Source of the DNA: Lysobacter sp.
Lineage (GTDB): Bacteria; Pseudomonadota; Gammaproteobacteria; Xanthomonadales; Xanthomonadaceae
Reading direction: 5' to 3'
Assembly: GCA_013362405.1 (NCBI GenBank)
Contig: JABFWF010000157.1
Coordinates: 1 to 63,232 of the forward strand
Length of the DNA: 63,232 nucleotides
In this document: piece after piece, positions 8,406 through 18,662 of the stretch
Layout of the letters: the number at the start of each line of letters is the position of its first letter
How positions within the stretch are numbered: the first letter of the stretch is position 1
The notes under the pieces: model-generated
The model's input: the letters and a program-made list of their open reading frames with translations, nothing else
What the model was told of the DNA's origin: nothing
Database searches by the model: none
Made by a program: the position numbers and the translations under genes

Positions 8406-9473
8406 TCAGAGCTCGGACGTGGCGGCGGCCTGTTCCCAAGCCTCCGCATGGCCATGCGCGGCGCCGTGGACGACGGGCACGGGCGCGTAGTCCGGTCCGA
8501 ACGACACTTCGCCCAGCCGCCAGCCGGACCTGCGCCTGACGACGCGCCAGAAGCGGTACATCGCGACCCAGTGCAGGCCGATCAGGCCGTGGTGGTTGTC
8601 GGCGTCCACGGTGGGATCGCCGACGCCGGTCGGGCGCGGCGCCATGCCGTACAGGGCGGTGCCGAACAGCTGGTCCCAGATCGACAGCACCTGTCCGTAA
8701 TTGCAGTTGTGCAGCCCGGGATGCCGGTCGTCGGCGCGCATGTGGTGGAGGCGATGGAAGGTCGGGTCGACGAAGATGCGCTCGAACAACGGCCCGAAGC
8801 CGACGCGCGTGTTGGTATGCGAGAAATTCTGGCCCAGCTCGCCGAGCAGCATGAGCCAGGCGAACTGGTCAGGCCCGACGCCCATCACCACGCCGACGGT
8901 CGACAGCACCATCGATTGCAGGAAGCCGTCGATGAGCGTGCCGCGGTCGTTCGTCCAGCAGCTCATCTGGCGCTGGCTGTGATGCATGCTGTGCAGCGCC
9001 CACCACCAGGGCAGCGCGTGCTGCAGCCGGTGCATCGCGTAATAGACGAGGTCGTAGGCGAGGTAGTAGACGGCGAACAGCAGGAACGGATGCGCCCTGA
9101 GCGCGGGCAACCAGGCCGCCAGCCCGAACGTCGGCGCAGCACCACCATCGGCGTCGCCACCACCACCGAACAGGTGGCTGATGGGCGTGAGCACCAGGTA
9201 GGTGAACAGCGGGAAGATGCCCAGCAGCATCCACATCGTGTACTGGCGGTCGACGCGGGTCAGCCGGCGGTCCGTCCAGCGCTCGGCGGGCTTCCAGGTT
9301 TCCAGCGGGCGGAACAGCAGGCCGATGATGGCGATCTGCAACGCGGCCACCAGCAGGGCAGCGGCGATCTCGCGCGGATCGCCGGACAGGCCATCCAGGT
9401 GCAGCAGCCGCAGGAAGGGCAGCACGGTGTTGTCACCGAGCCAGGCCACGAGGCGGGTCCAGGCGTCAATCAT
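8406..9473 (-). CDS. sterol desaturase / fatty acid hydroxylase family membrane protein
   Basis: Histidine boxes HRLQH, HSMHH and FHRLHH, with multiple TM segments. Start taken at MIDAWTRL. Confidence 0.8.
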   Translation of the reverse strand: MIDAWTRLVAWLGDNTVLPFLRLLHLDGLSGDPREIAAALLVAALQIAIIGLLFRPLETWKPAERWTDRRLTRVDRQYTMWMLLGIFPLFTYLVLTPISHLFGGGGDADGGAAPTFGLAAWLPALRAHPFLLFAVYYLAYDLVYYAMHRLQHALPWWWALHSMHHSQRQMSCWTNDRGTLIDGFLQSMVLSTVGVVMGVGPDQFAWLMLLGELGQNFSHTNTRVGFGPLFERIFVDPTFHRLHHMRADDRHPGLHNCNYGQVLSIWDQLFGTALYGMAPRPTGVGDPTVDADNHHGLIGLHWVAMYRFWRVVRRRSGWRLGEVSFGPDYAPVPVVHGAAHGHAEAWEQAAATSEL

Positions 9474-9634
9474 GGAGGCAGCGAGCGTTCCGGGTCGATC
9501 TCTGCAAAGGATACGACCGTCGTCGGGAAAAAGCGGCAAGCGGCATTGCGACGGCTGCTGCAATCCGGCGCGCGCTGCGTGCCCGGCGCAGCGCAGCCCT
9601 TGCTAGAGTGGCCCGCCCATCCGCTGGAAGCACC

Positions 9635-10561
9635 ATGACGATGAACGCGCAGGCACCGTATCCCGTCGGCACGCCGGGCCAGCCCTGGGGCGAGGCGGAA
9701 AAGGCCGCGTGGCGTTCGCGCCAGGTGGTCAGGCGGCGGTATGCGGATGAGGTGGTCGCGGCGATCGATGCCCTGCGGGGGCGCTTCGACGTCGTCGACT
9801 ACGGCCGGATCGACTACGGCGATGGCGCGCATCCGCTGCTCGCGATCCGCAGCCGCGACTGGCGCGACGACCTCCCCATCGTGCTCGTCACCGGCGGCGT
9901 GCACGGCTACGAGACCAGCGGCGTGCACGGCGCGCTGCGCTTCGTCGCCGGGCATGCGGCGGACTACACCGGGCAGGTCAACCTGCTGGTCGCGCCCTGC
10001 CTGAGTCCATGGGCGTACGAGCGCATCCATCGCTGGAACGCGCACGCCATCGATCCCAACCGGTCCTTCCGCGCGGACAGCCCGGCGCAGGAATCGGCGG
10101 CGCTGATGCGCCTGGTCGAGCCACTGCGGGGCAAGATCCTCGTGCACATCGACCTGCACGAGACCACCGACAGCGACGAGTCGGAGTTCCGTCCCGCGCT
10201 TGCCTCGCGCGACGGCAAGCCGTTCGAGCCGGAAGGCATTCCCGACGGCTTCTACCTGTGCGCCGACGCGGCCAACCCGCAGCCGGAATTCCAGCAGGCG
10301 ATCATCGCGGCGGTGGCCAAGGTCACCCACATCGCGCCTGCCGACGAGAAGGGCGAGATCATCGGCTCGCCGGTGGTGGCGCCCGGCGTGATCGAGTACG
10401 ACTACCGCAGGTTCGGACTGTGCGCAGGCGTCACCGACGCGCGCTACACCACGACCACCGAGGTCTACCCCGACAGCCCGCGCGCGACGCCGGAACAGTG
10501 CAACGAAGCGCAGTCGATGGCGGTGCGCGCGGCGATCGATTTCGCGCTGGCGCACCGGTAG
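9635..10561 (+). CDS. M14-family metallocarboxypeptidase-like protein
   Basis: Zn-ligand context (GGVHGYETSG, then IDLHETTD), succinylglutamate desuccinylase/carboxypeptidase-like. The ATG is preceded by GGAAG. Confidence 0.7.
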   Translation: MTMNAQAPYPVGTPGQPWGEAEKAAWRSRQVVRRRYADEVVAAIDALRGRFDVVDYGRIDYGDGAHPLLAIRSRDWRDDLPIVLVTGGVHGYETSGVHGALRFVAGHAADYTGQVNLLVAPCLSPWAYERIHRWNAHAIDPNRSFRADSPAQESAALMRLVEPLRGKILVHIDLHETTDSDESEFRPALASRDGKPFEPEGIPDGFYLCADAANPQPEFQQAIIAAVAKVTHIAPADEKGEIIGSPVVAPGVIEYDYRRFGLCAGVTDARYTTTTEVYPDSPRATPEQCNEAQSMAVRAAIDFALAHR

Positions 10562-10767
10562 GGCCCCGCCCGCAGCAGCCAAGGCGGGTGAGGCTCGCCT
10601 CGGCGAGGTTGTCGTCCCGCGCACCTTCCCCCGCGCTGCAGCGGCGAGGACATCACGCCAGCAGTGCTTCGCGGGTACCGCATGACCCACCTCATGGGTC
10701 ACCCTGCCTTCCGGCCCGGTGCCTGGTTTCCATTCCGTGGGAAGCTGGTGGGAACCGGAGCGTGCGC

Positions 10768-11505
10768 ATGACCGAAACCTCGCCGCAGTCCTATGCCCGC
10801 TTCGGCGGGCTCCTGTACCTCCTGATCAACGCCGCCGGCCTGTTCGGCGAGCATGCGGTGCGCGGCGCGCTGCTGGTGCCGGGCGACGCCGCCGCGACCG
10901 CCGCGCGCATCGCCGCGGCCCCGGGCCTGTGGCGTGCGGGCATCGCGCTCGACCTGCTGATGCACGTCTGCGACGTGTTCGTGATGTGGTCGATCTACGT
11001 GCTGCTGCGCGTCGTGCATCGCAATCTCGCGCTGCTGGTGCTGCTGTTCAACCTCGTGCAGACGGCGGTGCTGGTCGCGAACAAGCTCACCCTGCTGGTG
11101 CCGGTGTTCCTGCTCGGGAATGCGCCTTACCTGCATGCCTTCGCGCCGGAACAGTTGCAGGCCTGGTCCTACCTGGCCATCCGTATGCACGAGCATGGTT
11201 TCGGCATCGGGCTGATCTTCTTCGGCTTCGTCTGCCTGCTCGAAGGCCACCTGATCCGCCGCTCGCGTTTCCTGCCATGGCTGATCGGCGCGCTGATGCA
11301 GCTCGCGGGTGTCTGCTACCTCGCCAACAGCATCGCGTTGCTCGTCGCACCGGAAATACAGGCACGGCTGTTCCCGTGGGTGATGCTGCCGTGCTTCGTC
11401 GCCGAGCTGTCGTTCGCGTCGTGGCTGCTCATCAAGGGCGTGGACGTGCCGGAGTGGCGCCGCCGGGCGCAGGCCGCCAGCCAGGTGGTGGCGGAGCCGG
11501 CGTAG
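10768..11505 (+). CDS. DUF4386-like integral membrane protein
   Basis: About 245 aa with six hydrophobic helices (YARFGGLLYLLINAAGLFGE...). It is the C-terminal part of track ORF 10009..11505. Confidence 0.65.
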   Translation: MTETSPQSYARFGGLLYLLINAAGLFGEHAVRGALLVPGDAAATAARIAAAPGLWRAGIALDLLMHVCDVFVMWSIYVLLRVVHRNLALLVLLFNLVQTAVLVANKLTLLVPVFLLGNAPYLHAFAPEQLQAWSYLAIRMHEHGFGIGLIFFGFVCLLEGHLIRRSRFLPWLIGALMQLAGVCYLANSIALLVAPEIQARLFPWVMLPCFVAELSFASWLLIKGVDVPEWRRRAQAASQVVAEPA

Positions 11506-11517
11506 CGCGCGGCCGCT

Positions 11518-12903
11518 TCAGGCGCTCGCGCAGGAAACCCGGTCGCCGCCCGCGCGCTTGGCGGCATACATGGCGCGGTCGCCATGGCGCAGCAGCGCGG
11601 CTGCGCTGTCGCCGTCGCGCGGGTACAGCGCGATGCCGATGCTCGCGCTGAGGTCGAGCCGCTGTTCGCCGATGGCATACGGGAAGCCCAGTGTCTCGCG
11701 CAGCTTTTCGGCGATCGCGCGCGCGGCGGCGGGGTCGTGGCAGCCGCGCAGCAGCACGACGAACTCGTCGCCGCCGAGGCGCGCGACGGCGTCGCCCTGG
11801 CGCAGCGCCGCGCGCAGGCGTTGCGCGACCTCGAGCAGCAGGCGGTCGCCGCCTTCATGCCCGCGGGTGTCGTTGGCTTCCTTGAAGCCGTCGAGGTCCA
11901 GGTAGAGCAGGGCGAAGGGCTCGTCGCCGCCGCGCCCGGCCGCGAGCGCCGCGTCGAGCTCGGTGTGGAAGCGGTAGCGGTTGGGCAGGCCGGTGAGCGG
12001 ATCGTGCGCGGCCAGGTACTCGAGCCGGCGCCGGTACCGGCTGCGTTCGCAGGCGGCGGCGATCTGCGCGGCGACGAACTCCAGCCGCTGGCGCTCCGCC
12101 TCGTCCCAGGCGAGCGCGAGGCCGATGCTGCGCACCACCAGGGCGCCGATCACGCCTTCGGCCGTCGCCAGCGGCACCGCGAAGGTCTGGACCGGCTCGC
12201 CATCCGCGGTCGCGGTGGGCGGCGCGAGCAGCGAGTTGCCGCTGCGCACCACCGGCGCCACCAGCGGATCCGCATCCAGCGGGCGCGATCCCGGCCTGGC
12301 GAGGGTGGCGTCGTGCCAGTAGGGATAGTCGAGCGTGCGTCCGTCCGGCTCCAGCAGCGCGACGTGCACGTGGTCGGCCGGCAGGAGGCGGCCGATCGCC
12401 TGGTGCACGCGCGCGAGCAGCGCGGACAGGTCGGACTCGGCGTGCGCCGCCTCGGCGATCGCCAGCAGCGCGGCCTGCACCGCCTCGGCGCGTCGCAGTT
12501 CGGTGACCTCGTGCCCGACCGCGATGCGCACGCGGTTGGCCGGCGACCAGCGCGCCGACCACTGGATGTCCACCACGCGGCCGTCCTTGCGCACGTAGCG
12601 GTTGCAGAAATGGCGCTGGAGCACGCCGGCCATCACCCGCTCGGCCGCCTGCTGGGTGAGCGCGCGGTCCTCCGGGTGCACGAGCTCGATCATGCGCCGC
12701 CCGATCACTTCCTCCGGGCGGTAGCCGAAGATGCGCTCGAAGCCGGCGTTGACGAACAGGTAGCGTCCCTCGACGTCGACCACGCAGACCGCGTCGGGGA
12801 CCTGTTCGAGGATCTCGTCGAGGGACGGCAGCGTCGCGGCGGAATCGCGGTCCCGCCCGGCTTCAGGCGGATCGGCATGCATGGCGCGATCGTCTGCGTG
12901 CAC
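11518..12903 (-). CDS. PAS-GAF-GGDEF diguanylate cyclase
   Basis: N-terminal PAS domain (VCVVDVEGRYLFVNAGFERIFGY), a central GAF-like region, and a GGDEF domain with RLGGDEFVVLL. Confidence 0.85.
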   Translation of the reverse strand: MHADDRAMHADPPEAGRDRDSAATLPSLDEILEQVPDAVCVVDVEGRYLFVNAGFERIFGYRPEEVIGRRMIELVHPEDRALTQQAAERVMAGVLQRHFCNRYVRKDGRVVDIQWSARWSPANRVRIAVGHEVTELRRAEAVQAALLAIAEAAHAESDLSALLARVHQAIGRLLPADHVHVALLEPDGRTLDYPYWHDATLARPGSRPLDADPLVAPVVRSGNSLLAPPTATADGEPVQTFAVPLATAEGVIGALVVRSIGLALAWDEAERQRLEFVAAQIAAACERSRYRRRLEYLAAHDPLTGLPNRYRFHTELDAALAAGRGGDEPFALLYLDLDGFKEANDTRGHEGGDRLLLEVAQRLRAALRQGDAVARLGGDEFVVLLRGCHDPAAARAIAEKLRETLGFPYAIGEQRLDLSASIGIALYPRDGDSAAALLRHGDRAMYAAKRAGGDRVSCASA

Positions 12904-12916
12904 GACCGGTTCCCAC

Positions 12917-13264
12917 CTAGAGCGCGCGCCCGTCGAATTCGCGCACCGGCACCGACGACAGGTCGATGCCCTCGATGCAGCGCAGGTTGATCGCGGCCAT
13001 CGGCTTGCCGTCCGCCGCCGTCGCCTCCGCGTAGGGATGGATGCCGCAGGCCGGGCAGAACCGATGCCGGATGGCGTGGCGGCGGAAGGTGTAGCTCGAC
13101 GCCGCGTCCTCCGGCGTGCGCAGCTGCAGGCGCTCGCGCGGCACGAACCACAGTAGCGATCCCTTGCGCTGGCAGATCGAGCAGTTGCAGGCGAGGCCGG
13201 TGTCGATCTCGCCCTCGACCTCGAAGGCGACGTTGCCGCAATGGCAGCTGCCCTGGTGCTTCAT
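12917..13264 (-). CDS. GFA-family (CENP-V/glutathione-dependent formaldehyde-activating-like) protein
   Basis: 115 aa (MKHQGSCHCGNVAFEV...CNCSICQRKG...FCPACG). It is only the tail of the 936-aa track ORF. Confidence 0.8.
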   Translation of the reverse strand: MKHQGSCHCGNVAFEVEGEIDTGLACNCSICQRKGSLLWFVPRERLQLRTPEDAASSYTFRRHAIRHRFCPACGIHPYAEATAADGKPMAAINLRCIEGIDLSSVPVREFDGRAL

Positions 13265-13387
13265 GCCGGGTCTCCTGGGGGAAGGCGGTTGACGACGGCA
13301 GCATAGCGCCGCGCGCGGCATGCGGGACATGGTTGCCAGCGGCCGTTGTGCCATCATCATTGCGATTCCACTTTCGGAGACACCGGC

Positions 13388-14827
13388 ATGGCGGCACGTT
13401 CGATCGGACCCTTGGGCGCAGGGCTGGCGTTCGCCCTGCTGGCGCAGGCATGCAGCGCGCAGGCCGCGCCGCCGTCGGACCCCAGCGAGCCGGCGTTCCG
13501 CTCGCTCTACCGCGAGCTGGTGGAGATCAACACCACGCGCTCCTCCGGCAGCTGCACGCAGGCCGCCGAGGCGATGCGCAAGCGCCTGGTCGCCGCCGGC
13601 ATCCCGGAAGGCGACACGAAGATCTGGGCGCCGGCCGATCGCCCGAACGACGGTGCGCTGGTCGCCCTGCTGCGCGGCCGCGACGCCTCGCTCAAACCAT
13701 TGCTTCTCCTCGCGCACATCGACGTGGTCGAAGCCAAGCGCGAGGACTGGAAGCGCGATCCGTTCAAGCTGGTCGAGGAGAACGGCTTCTTCTACGCGCG
13801 CGGATCCAGCGACGACAAGGCGATGGCGTCGGTGTTCGCAGACAGTCTCGTGCGCTACAAGCACGAAGGCTTCGTGCCGCGCCGTTCGATCAAGCTGGCG
13901 CTGACCTGCGGCGAGGAGACGCCTGAGATCTTCAACAGCGTGCACTGGCTGACGAAGGAGCATCCGGAGGTGCTGGACGCAGCCTTCGCGATCAACGAAG
14001 GCGCCGGCGGCGAGCTCGACAAGCAGGGCAAGCCGGTCGCTCTGCAGCTGCAGTCGGGCGAAAAGGTCTACCAGGACTTCGCGTTGTCGATCAGCGACGA
14101 CGGCGGCCACAGCTCGCGGCCGAAGAAGTACAACCCGATCGCGCAGATGGGCGCGGCGCTGGCGCGCGAGGCGGCGTACAACTTCCCGATCGCGGTGAAC
14201 CCGGTGGTGCGCGGCTACTTCGAGGCGCAGTCGAAGCTGGTGCAGGACCCGAAGGTCGCCGCCGACATGCGCGCGGTGCTGCAGCCCAAGCCCGACGAGG
14301 CGGCGGTCGCGCGCCTGTGGGACACCAACCCGTCGTGGAACAGCATGCTGCGCACCACCTGCGTGCCGACCGAGGTCAACGGCGGCCATGCGCCGAACGC
14401 GCTGCCGCAGCACGTCACCGCCAACATCAACTGCCGCATCCTGCCGGGCGTGCCGGTGGCCGACGTGCAGCGCGCGCTGGCGCAGGTGCTGGACGAGAAG
14501 GCGATCAAGCTGGCGCCGGTCGGCGAGATCGGCCAGTCGACCACGCCGCCGCCGCTGACGCCGGCGATCCTCGGCCCCGTGCGCAGCGTCGCCGACACGC
14601 TGTGGCCGGGCGTGGCGATCGTGCCGACGATGTCCACCGGCGCCACCGATGGCCGTTACCTCAATGCCGCCGGCGTGCCGACCTACGGCATGTCGGGCAT
14701 GTTCACCGACGCCGAGGGTTCGCACGCGCATGGCCTCGACGAGCGCATCCGGGTGAAGTCGCTGCTCGACGGACGGCGCTTCCTCTATGAGCTGGTCAAG
14801 CGCTACGCCGACGCGACCGGTGGCTGA
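13388..14827 (+). CDS. secreted M20-family metallopeptidase
   Basis: Signal peptide (MAARSIGPLGAGLAFALLAQACSA), plus HIDVVEA, GSSDDK and CGEE motifs. Confidence 0.8.
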   Translation: MAARSIGPLGAGLAFALLAQACSAQAAPPSDPSEPAFRSLYRELVEINTTRSSGSCTQAAEAMRKRLVAAGIPEGDTKIWAPADRPNDGALVALLRGRDASLKPLLLLAHIDVVEAKREDWKRDPFKLVEENGFFYARGSSDDKAMASVFADSLVRYKHEGFVPRRSIKLALTCGEETPEIFNSVHWLTKEHPEVLDAAFAINEGAGGELDKQGKPVALQLQSGEKVYQDFALSISDDGGHSSRPKKYNPIAQMGAALAREAAYNFPIAVNPVVRGYFEAQSKLVQDPKVAADMRAVLQPKPDEAAVARLWDTNPSWNSMLRTTCVPTEVNGGHAPNALPQHVTANINCRILPGVPVADVQRALAQVLDEKAIKLAPVGEIGQSTTPPPLTPAILGPVRSVADTLWPGVAIVPTMSTGATDGRYLNAAGVPTYGMSGMFTDAEGSHAHGLDERIRVKSLLDGRRFLYELVKRYADATGG

Positions 14828-14834
14828 GGGGACG

Positions 14835-16262
14835 ATGGCGCAGGACGTCGGCGCGACGCTGGACCTGCCGCCGGCCGAATTCCGGCGGCTCGGCGAAACC
14901 TTCCTCGCGCTGGCGACGGATTGGCTCGCCGGCGAGCGCGATGCGCCGGTGCTGCAACCGATCGGCGGCGACGTGCTCGCCGCGCTGCTCGACCAGCCGC
15001 TGCCGGAGCACGGCATCGGCGAGGCGGCGCTGCTGGCGCAGCTGCGCGAGCGGGTGCTCGGGCATTCGCGCCACAACGGCCATCCGCGCCAGTTCGCGCA
15101 CGTGTGCGCATCGCCCGACCCGGTCGGCGCGCTGGCCGACCTGCTCGCCTCGATGCTCAACCAGAACGTCACCGCGTGGCGTTCCGCGCCCGCGGCGGTG
15201 GTGGTCGAGCGGCAGGTGCTGCGCTGGCTGGACGCGCTGGTCGGCTTCGACGGCGGCGGCCACGGGCTGCTGCTCGGCGGCGGTTCCTCGGCCAACCTGC
15301 ATGCGCTCGGCGCGGCGGTCGAGCGCGCCAGGCAGCGGCATCCGGATGCGACGCGTTCGCGCATGGCGCTGTACACCTCGCGCGAGACCCACCTGTCGCT
15401 GGCCAAAGCGGCGCATTTCCTCGATCTCGGCCACGTGCGCGCACTGCCGGTGGACGCTGCGCGCAGCATGGTGCCCGAGGCATTGCGCACCGCCATCGAA
15501 GCCGACAGGCGCGACGGCCTCGTGCCGGTGATGGTCGCCGGCTCGGCGGGCACGGCGAATGCCGGCAGCATCGATCCGCTGCGCGCGCTGGCCGACATCG
15601 CCGTCGCGGCGGGCGCCTGGTTCCACATCGACGGCGCGTATGGTGCGCCGGCGGCGATGACGGCATCGCACACCTTCCTGCGCGAAGGCTTCGCGCGCGC
15701 GGATTCGATGTCGCTGGATCCGCACAAGTGGCTGTTCGCGCCGTTCGATGTCGGCGCGCTGCTGGTGCGCGACCCGCAGTGGCTGCGCGAGGCCTACGCG
15801 GAATCGTCGGAATACATCACGGTCACGGAAACCGCGCCGGTGGAAGCGCACGCTTTCTTCGATTACGGCATGGAACTGTCGCGGCGCTTCCGCGCGCTGA
15901 AGTTGTGGATCATGTTCCAGCTACGTGGCGTCGACACCTACCGGCGGGCCATCGCCGGCAACATCGCCCTGCGCGAACACCTCGATGCGCGCGTGACTGC
16001 CGAGCCCGAACTGGAACTGCTCGCCTCGGGGCTCAGCATCAGCTGCTTCCGTTACCGGCGCGCGGGCTCCGATGGCGCGGCGCTGGATGCGCTCAATGCC
16101 GGGATCCAGCGTCGCCTGGCCAGCACCGGTGAAATCGCACTGTCGCCCACCACGCTCGACGGCCGCTACAGCCTGCGCGTGTGCATCGTCAATTTCCGCA
16201 CGCGCCGCGAGGACATCGACTGGCTGGTGGAGCGGGTGCTGGAGTTCGGTCGCGCGACGTAG
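14835..16262 (+). CDS. PLP-dependent (group II) decarboxylase
   Basis: SLDPHKWLFAPFDVG carries the PLP lysine; GGSSANLHAL also present. Confidence 0.8.
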   Translation: MAQDVGATLDLPPAEFRRLGETFLALATDWLAGERDAPVLQPIGGDVLAALLDQPLPEHGIGEAALLAQLRERVLGHSRHNGHPRQFAHVCASPDPVGALADLLASMLNQNVTAWRSAPAAVVVERQVLRWLDALVGFDGGGHGLLLGGGSSANLHALGAAVERARQRHPDATRSRMALYTSRETHLSLAKAAHFLDLGHVRALPVDAARSMVPEALRTAIEADRRDGLVPVMVAGSAGTANAGSIDPLRALADIAVAAGAWFHIDGAYGAPAAMTASHTFLREGFARADSMSLDPHKWLFAPFDVGALLVRDPQWLREAYAESSEYITVTETAPVEAHAFFDYGMELSRRFRALKLWIMFQLRGVDTYRRAIAGNIALREHLDARVTAEPELELLASGLSISCFRYRRAGSDGAALDALNAGIQRRLASTGEIALSPTTLDGRYSLRVCIVNFRTRREDIDWLVERVLEFGRAT

Positions 16263-16343
16263 GCCGGATGGACGGTCCGGCGCTCACGCATGGACGGTGG
16301 GTCGGTGGACGCGCAGCCGGTTGCCGGTTGCGCGCGGCGCGCG

Positions 16344-16901
16344 TCAGTGCTTCGCGGCGCCCGTATCGAGTGCCTTCACCGCATCCAGCATCTCCTGCAC
16401 GTGCTTGTTCGGATTGAGGTCCGAATAGGCGGCGGCGATCGTGCCGTCGGGCTTGATGGCGTAGGACGTGCGGTTCGACCATTCCGGCTTCTGCGCGAGA
16501 ACCGCGTCGTATTGCCCGGCGATCTTCGCGCCCGGATCGGCGGCGACCGGGAACCTGCCGCTGCAGTGCTCGGTTTCCTTCGAGAAGTCGGCGAGCTGGT
16601 CGGTGTTGCCCGCGGTCACGCCGATCACGCTGGCGTGCTGCGCCTTGAACTTGTCGATCGCCTGCGAGAACAGGTGCGCCTCGAGGTTGCATCCGGAGGT
16701 GTGGGCAGCCGGGAAGAAGTAGACGACGACGGGACCCTTCTTCAATGCATCGGCGAGGTTGAAGGTGAAGGGCTTGCCCGCAAGGTAGGCGGGCGCGCTG
16801 AATGCGGGCGCGGTGGCGCCGGGCTTGAGCGCGGCGGACGCGGGTGCCGCGAACGCGCAGGAGGCGGCGGTCAGGACAGCGAGCGTGGACAGGCGGCGCA
16901 T
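16344..16901 (-). CDS. secreted peroxiredoxin (AhpC/TSA-Bcp type)
   Basis: Signal peptide, then VVYFFPAAHTSGCNLEA with the peroxidatic Cys. Confidence 0.8.
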   Translation of the reverse strand: MRRLSTLAVLTAASCAFAAPASAALKPGATAPAFSAPAYLAGKPFTFNLADALKKGPVVVYFFPAAHTSGCNLEAHLFSQAIDKFKAQHASVIGVTAGNTDQLADFSKETEHCSGRFPVAADPGAKIAGQYDAVLAQKPEWSNRTSYAIKPDGTIAAAYSDLNPNKHVQEMLDAVKALDTGAAKH

Positions 16902-17048
16902 GCAGGCGTCTCCGGGGCTGGGGCCTTCCTTATACGCCTTCACGCAGCCCGCGCAAAAAACGCGCCGTCCGCCTTGCCGCGCGGGTCGCGTGCACACCAA
17001 TGCCGGCGGGCGCCGCGTAGGCTCGGCGGCGCAACCGGGCTCGAACGC

Positions 17049-18662
17049 ATGGCCGATGTCTTCGTTTCCTACTGTCGCCGCGACCGCCCGCGCGTCGCGC
17101 CGCTGGTGCGCGCGGTCGAGGAGCGCGGCTGGTCGGTCTGGTGGGATCCGGCGATCGTGCCGGGACAGGAATTCGACCGCCTGATCGCGCACCAGCTCGA
17201 CGCCGCCGCCGCGGTGCTGGTGGTGTGGACGCCGGAGTCGGTGGAATCGCGCTGGGTGCGCGGCGAGGCGCGCGTGGCCGCCGATCGCGACGTGCTGGTG
17301 CCGGTGCGCTTCGACAACGCGGACCTGCCGATCGACGCGCGCAGCTTCCACACCATCGACCTCGACGAAGCCTCGCTGGCCGCAGGCGACGTGGCGATGG
17401 ACGACGTGCTGGACGCGCTCGCGGCGCTGGTCGCGCGCCGCGGCGAGGCGGCGTCGCCCAGCGTGTCCTTGCCTCCGCAGGCGGCGCGCGAGCGCGTGCC
17501 GATCTGCGTGCTGCCGTTCGTCAACATGAGCGGCGACCCCGGCCAGGATTTCCTCAGCGACGGCATCACCGAGGACATCATCACCGAGCTGTCGCGCTGG
17601 CGGATCCTGCAGGTGCGCTCGCGCGCCGCATCGTTCCGCCATCGCGGCGCCGCCGCCAACATCGGCCAGGTCGCGCGCGAGCTGGATGTCGACTTCGTCG
17701 TCGAGGGCAGCGTGCGCCGGATGGGCGAGCGCGTGCGGATCACGGCGCAGCTGATCGACGCGGCGACCGGCAGCCACATCTGGGCCGAGAAGTTCGACCG
17801 TGCCGCCGACGACCTTTTCGCGGTGCAGGACCAGGTGGTGCGCACCATCGTCGGCACGCTCGTGGGCCGCGTGCAGGTACTCGACGCGGAACGCGCGCGG
17901 CGCAAGCCGCCGGCGGCGCTCGCGGTCTACGAATGCGTGCTCAAGGGCAACGCGCTGCCATGGGACGAGCCGGAAGGCGCGGCGCAGGCGACGCGGCTGT
18001 TCGAGCAGGCCATCGCGATCGATCCCGGCTACGCCGTCGCGCATGCGCTGCTGGCGGCGCGCCGCTACGGCGAGTGGGTCGGCGACTACGGCGGTTCGGA
18101 CGCGGCGCTGGACGACGCCTACCGGCTGGCACTGCGCGGCGTGGAGCTCGACAACAACGACAGCACCTGCTTCTCGATCCTCGCCCAGGTCTGCCTGCTG
18201 CGCCATGCCTGGGCGCTGTGCGTGCAGCATGCGCAGCGCGCGGTCGAGATCAATCCCGGGAACCAGTGGAACCTCGCCGACATGGGGCTGATGCTCGCCT
18301 ACCTCGGGCGCGCGGAGGAAGCGCTGTCCTGGTTCCGCGGCGCGCGCGAGATCGACCCGTATTTCGACCCGCCCTGGTATTTTCGCGCGAAGGGGCAGGC
18401 GCTGATGGTGCTGGGCCGCGAAGAAGAGGCGCTCGCCATGTTCGACCAGCTCACCGCCGGGAACTTCCGCTTTTCCGCACTGCGCGCCGCCTGCCATGCC
18501 CGCCTCGGCCGGCTGGAGGAAGCCCGCCTGCACGCGGCGGCGTGCATGGCGCTCAAGCCCGACTTCACGGTCGCGCGCTTCATGCGCAAGGAACCGTTCC
18601 GCGACGCCGGCGACGCCGCGCGGCTGGCGGAGTCGCTGCGCATGGCCGGCCTGCCCGCATGA
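17049..18662 (+). CDS. TIR domain protein with TolB-N-like module and C-terminal TPR repeats
   Basis: N-terminal TIR domain (DVFVSYCRRDR..WSVWWD..VLVVWTPESVESRWVRGE). Middle module VLPFVNMSGDP..DGITEDIITELSR..DFVVEGSVRR..RITAQLID..HIWAEKFD. TPR-like C-terminus. Confidence 0.8.
   Translation: MADVFVSYCRRDRPRVAPLVRAVEERGWSVWWDPAIVPGQEFDRLIAHQLDAAAAVLVVWTPESVESRWVRGEARVAADRDVLVPVRFDNADLPIDARSFHTIDLDEASLAAGDVAMDDVLDALAALVARRGEAASPSVSLPPQAARERVPICVLPFVNMSGDPGQDFLSDGITEDIITELSRWRILQVRSRAASFRHRGAAANIGQVARELDVDFVVEGSVRRMGERVRITAQLIDAATGSHIWAEKFDRAADDLFAVQDQVVRTIVGTLVGRVQVLDAERARRKPPAALAVYECVLKGNALPWDEPEGAAQATRLFEQAIAIDPGYAVAHALLAARRYGEWVGDYGGSDAALDDAYRLALRGVELDNNDSTCFSILAQVCLLRHAWALCVQHAQRAVEINPGNQWNLADMGLMLAYLGRAEEALSWFRGAREIDPYFDPPWYFRAKGQALMVLGREEEALAMFDQLTAGNFRFSALRAACHARLGRLEEARLHAAACMALKPDFTVARFMRKEPFRDAGDAARLAESLRMAGLPA

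Noticed and set aside
12917-15727. 936-aa minus-strand ORF
   Set aside because: It is antisense to the M20 peptidase and PLP decarboxylase genes. Its composition is Arg/Ala/Gly/Pro-dominated, as expected for non-coding frames in high-GC DNA. Only its last 115 aa (GFA-family protein, 12917..13264) are a recognisable gene.
16290-17048. N-terminal 250 aa of track ORF 16290..18662 as part of the TIR protein
   Set aside because: That stretch is antisense to the well-supported peroxiredoxin gene. The TIR domain begins immediately at the ATG at 17049.
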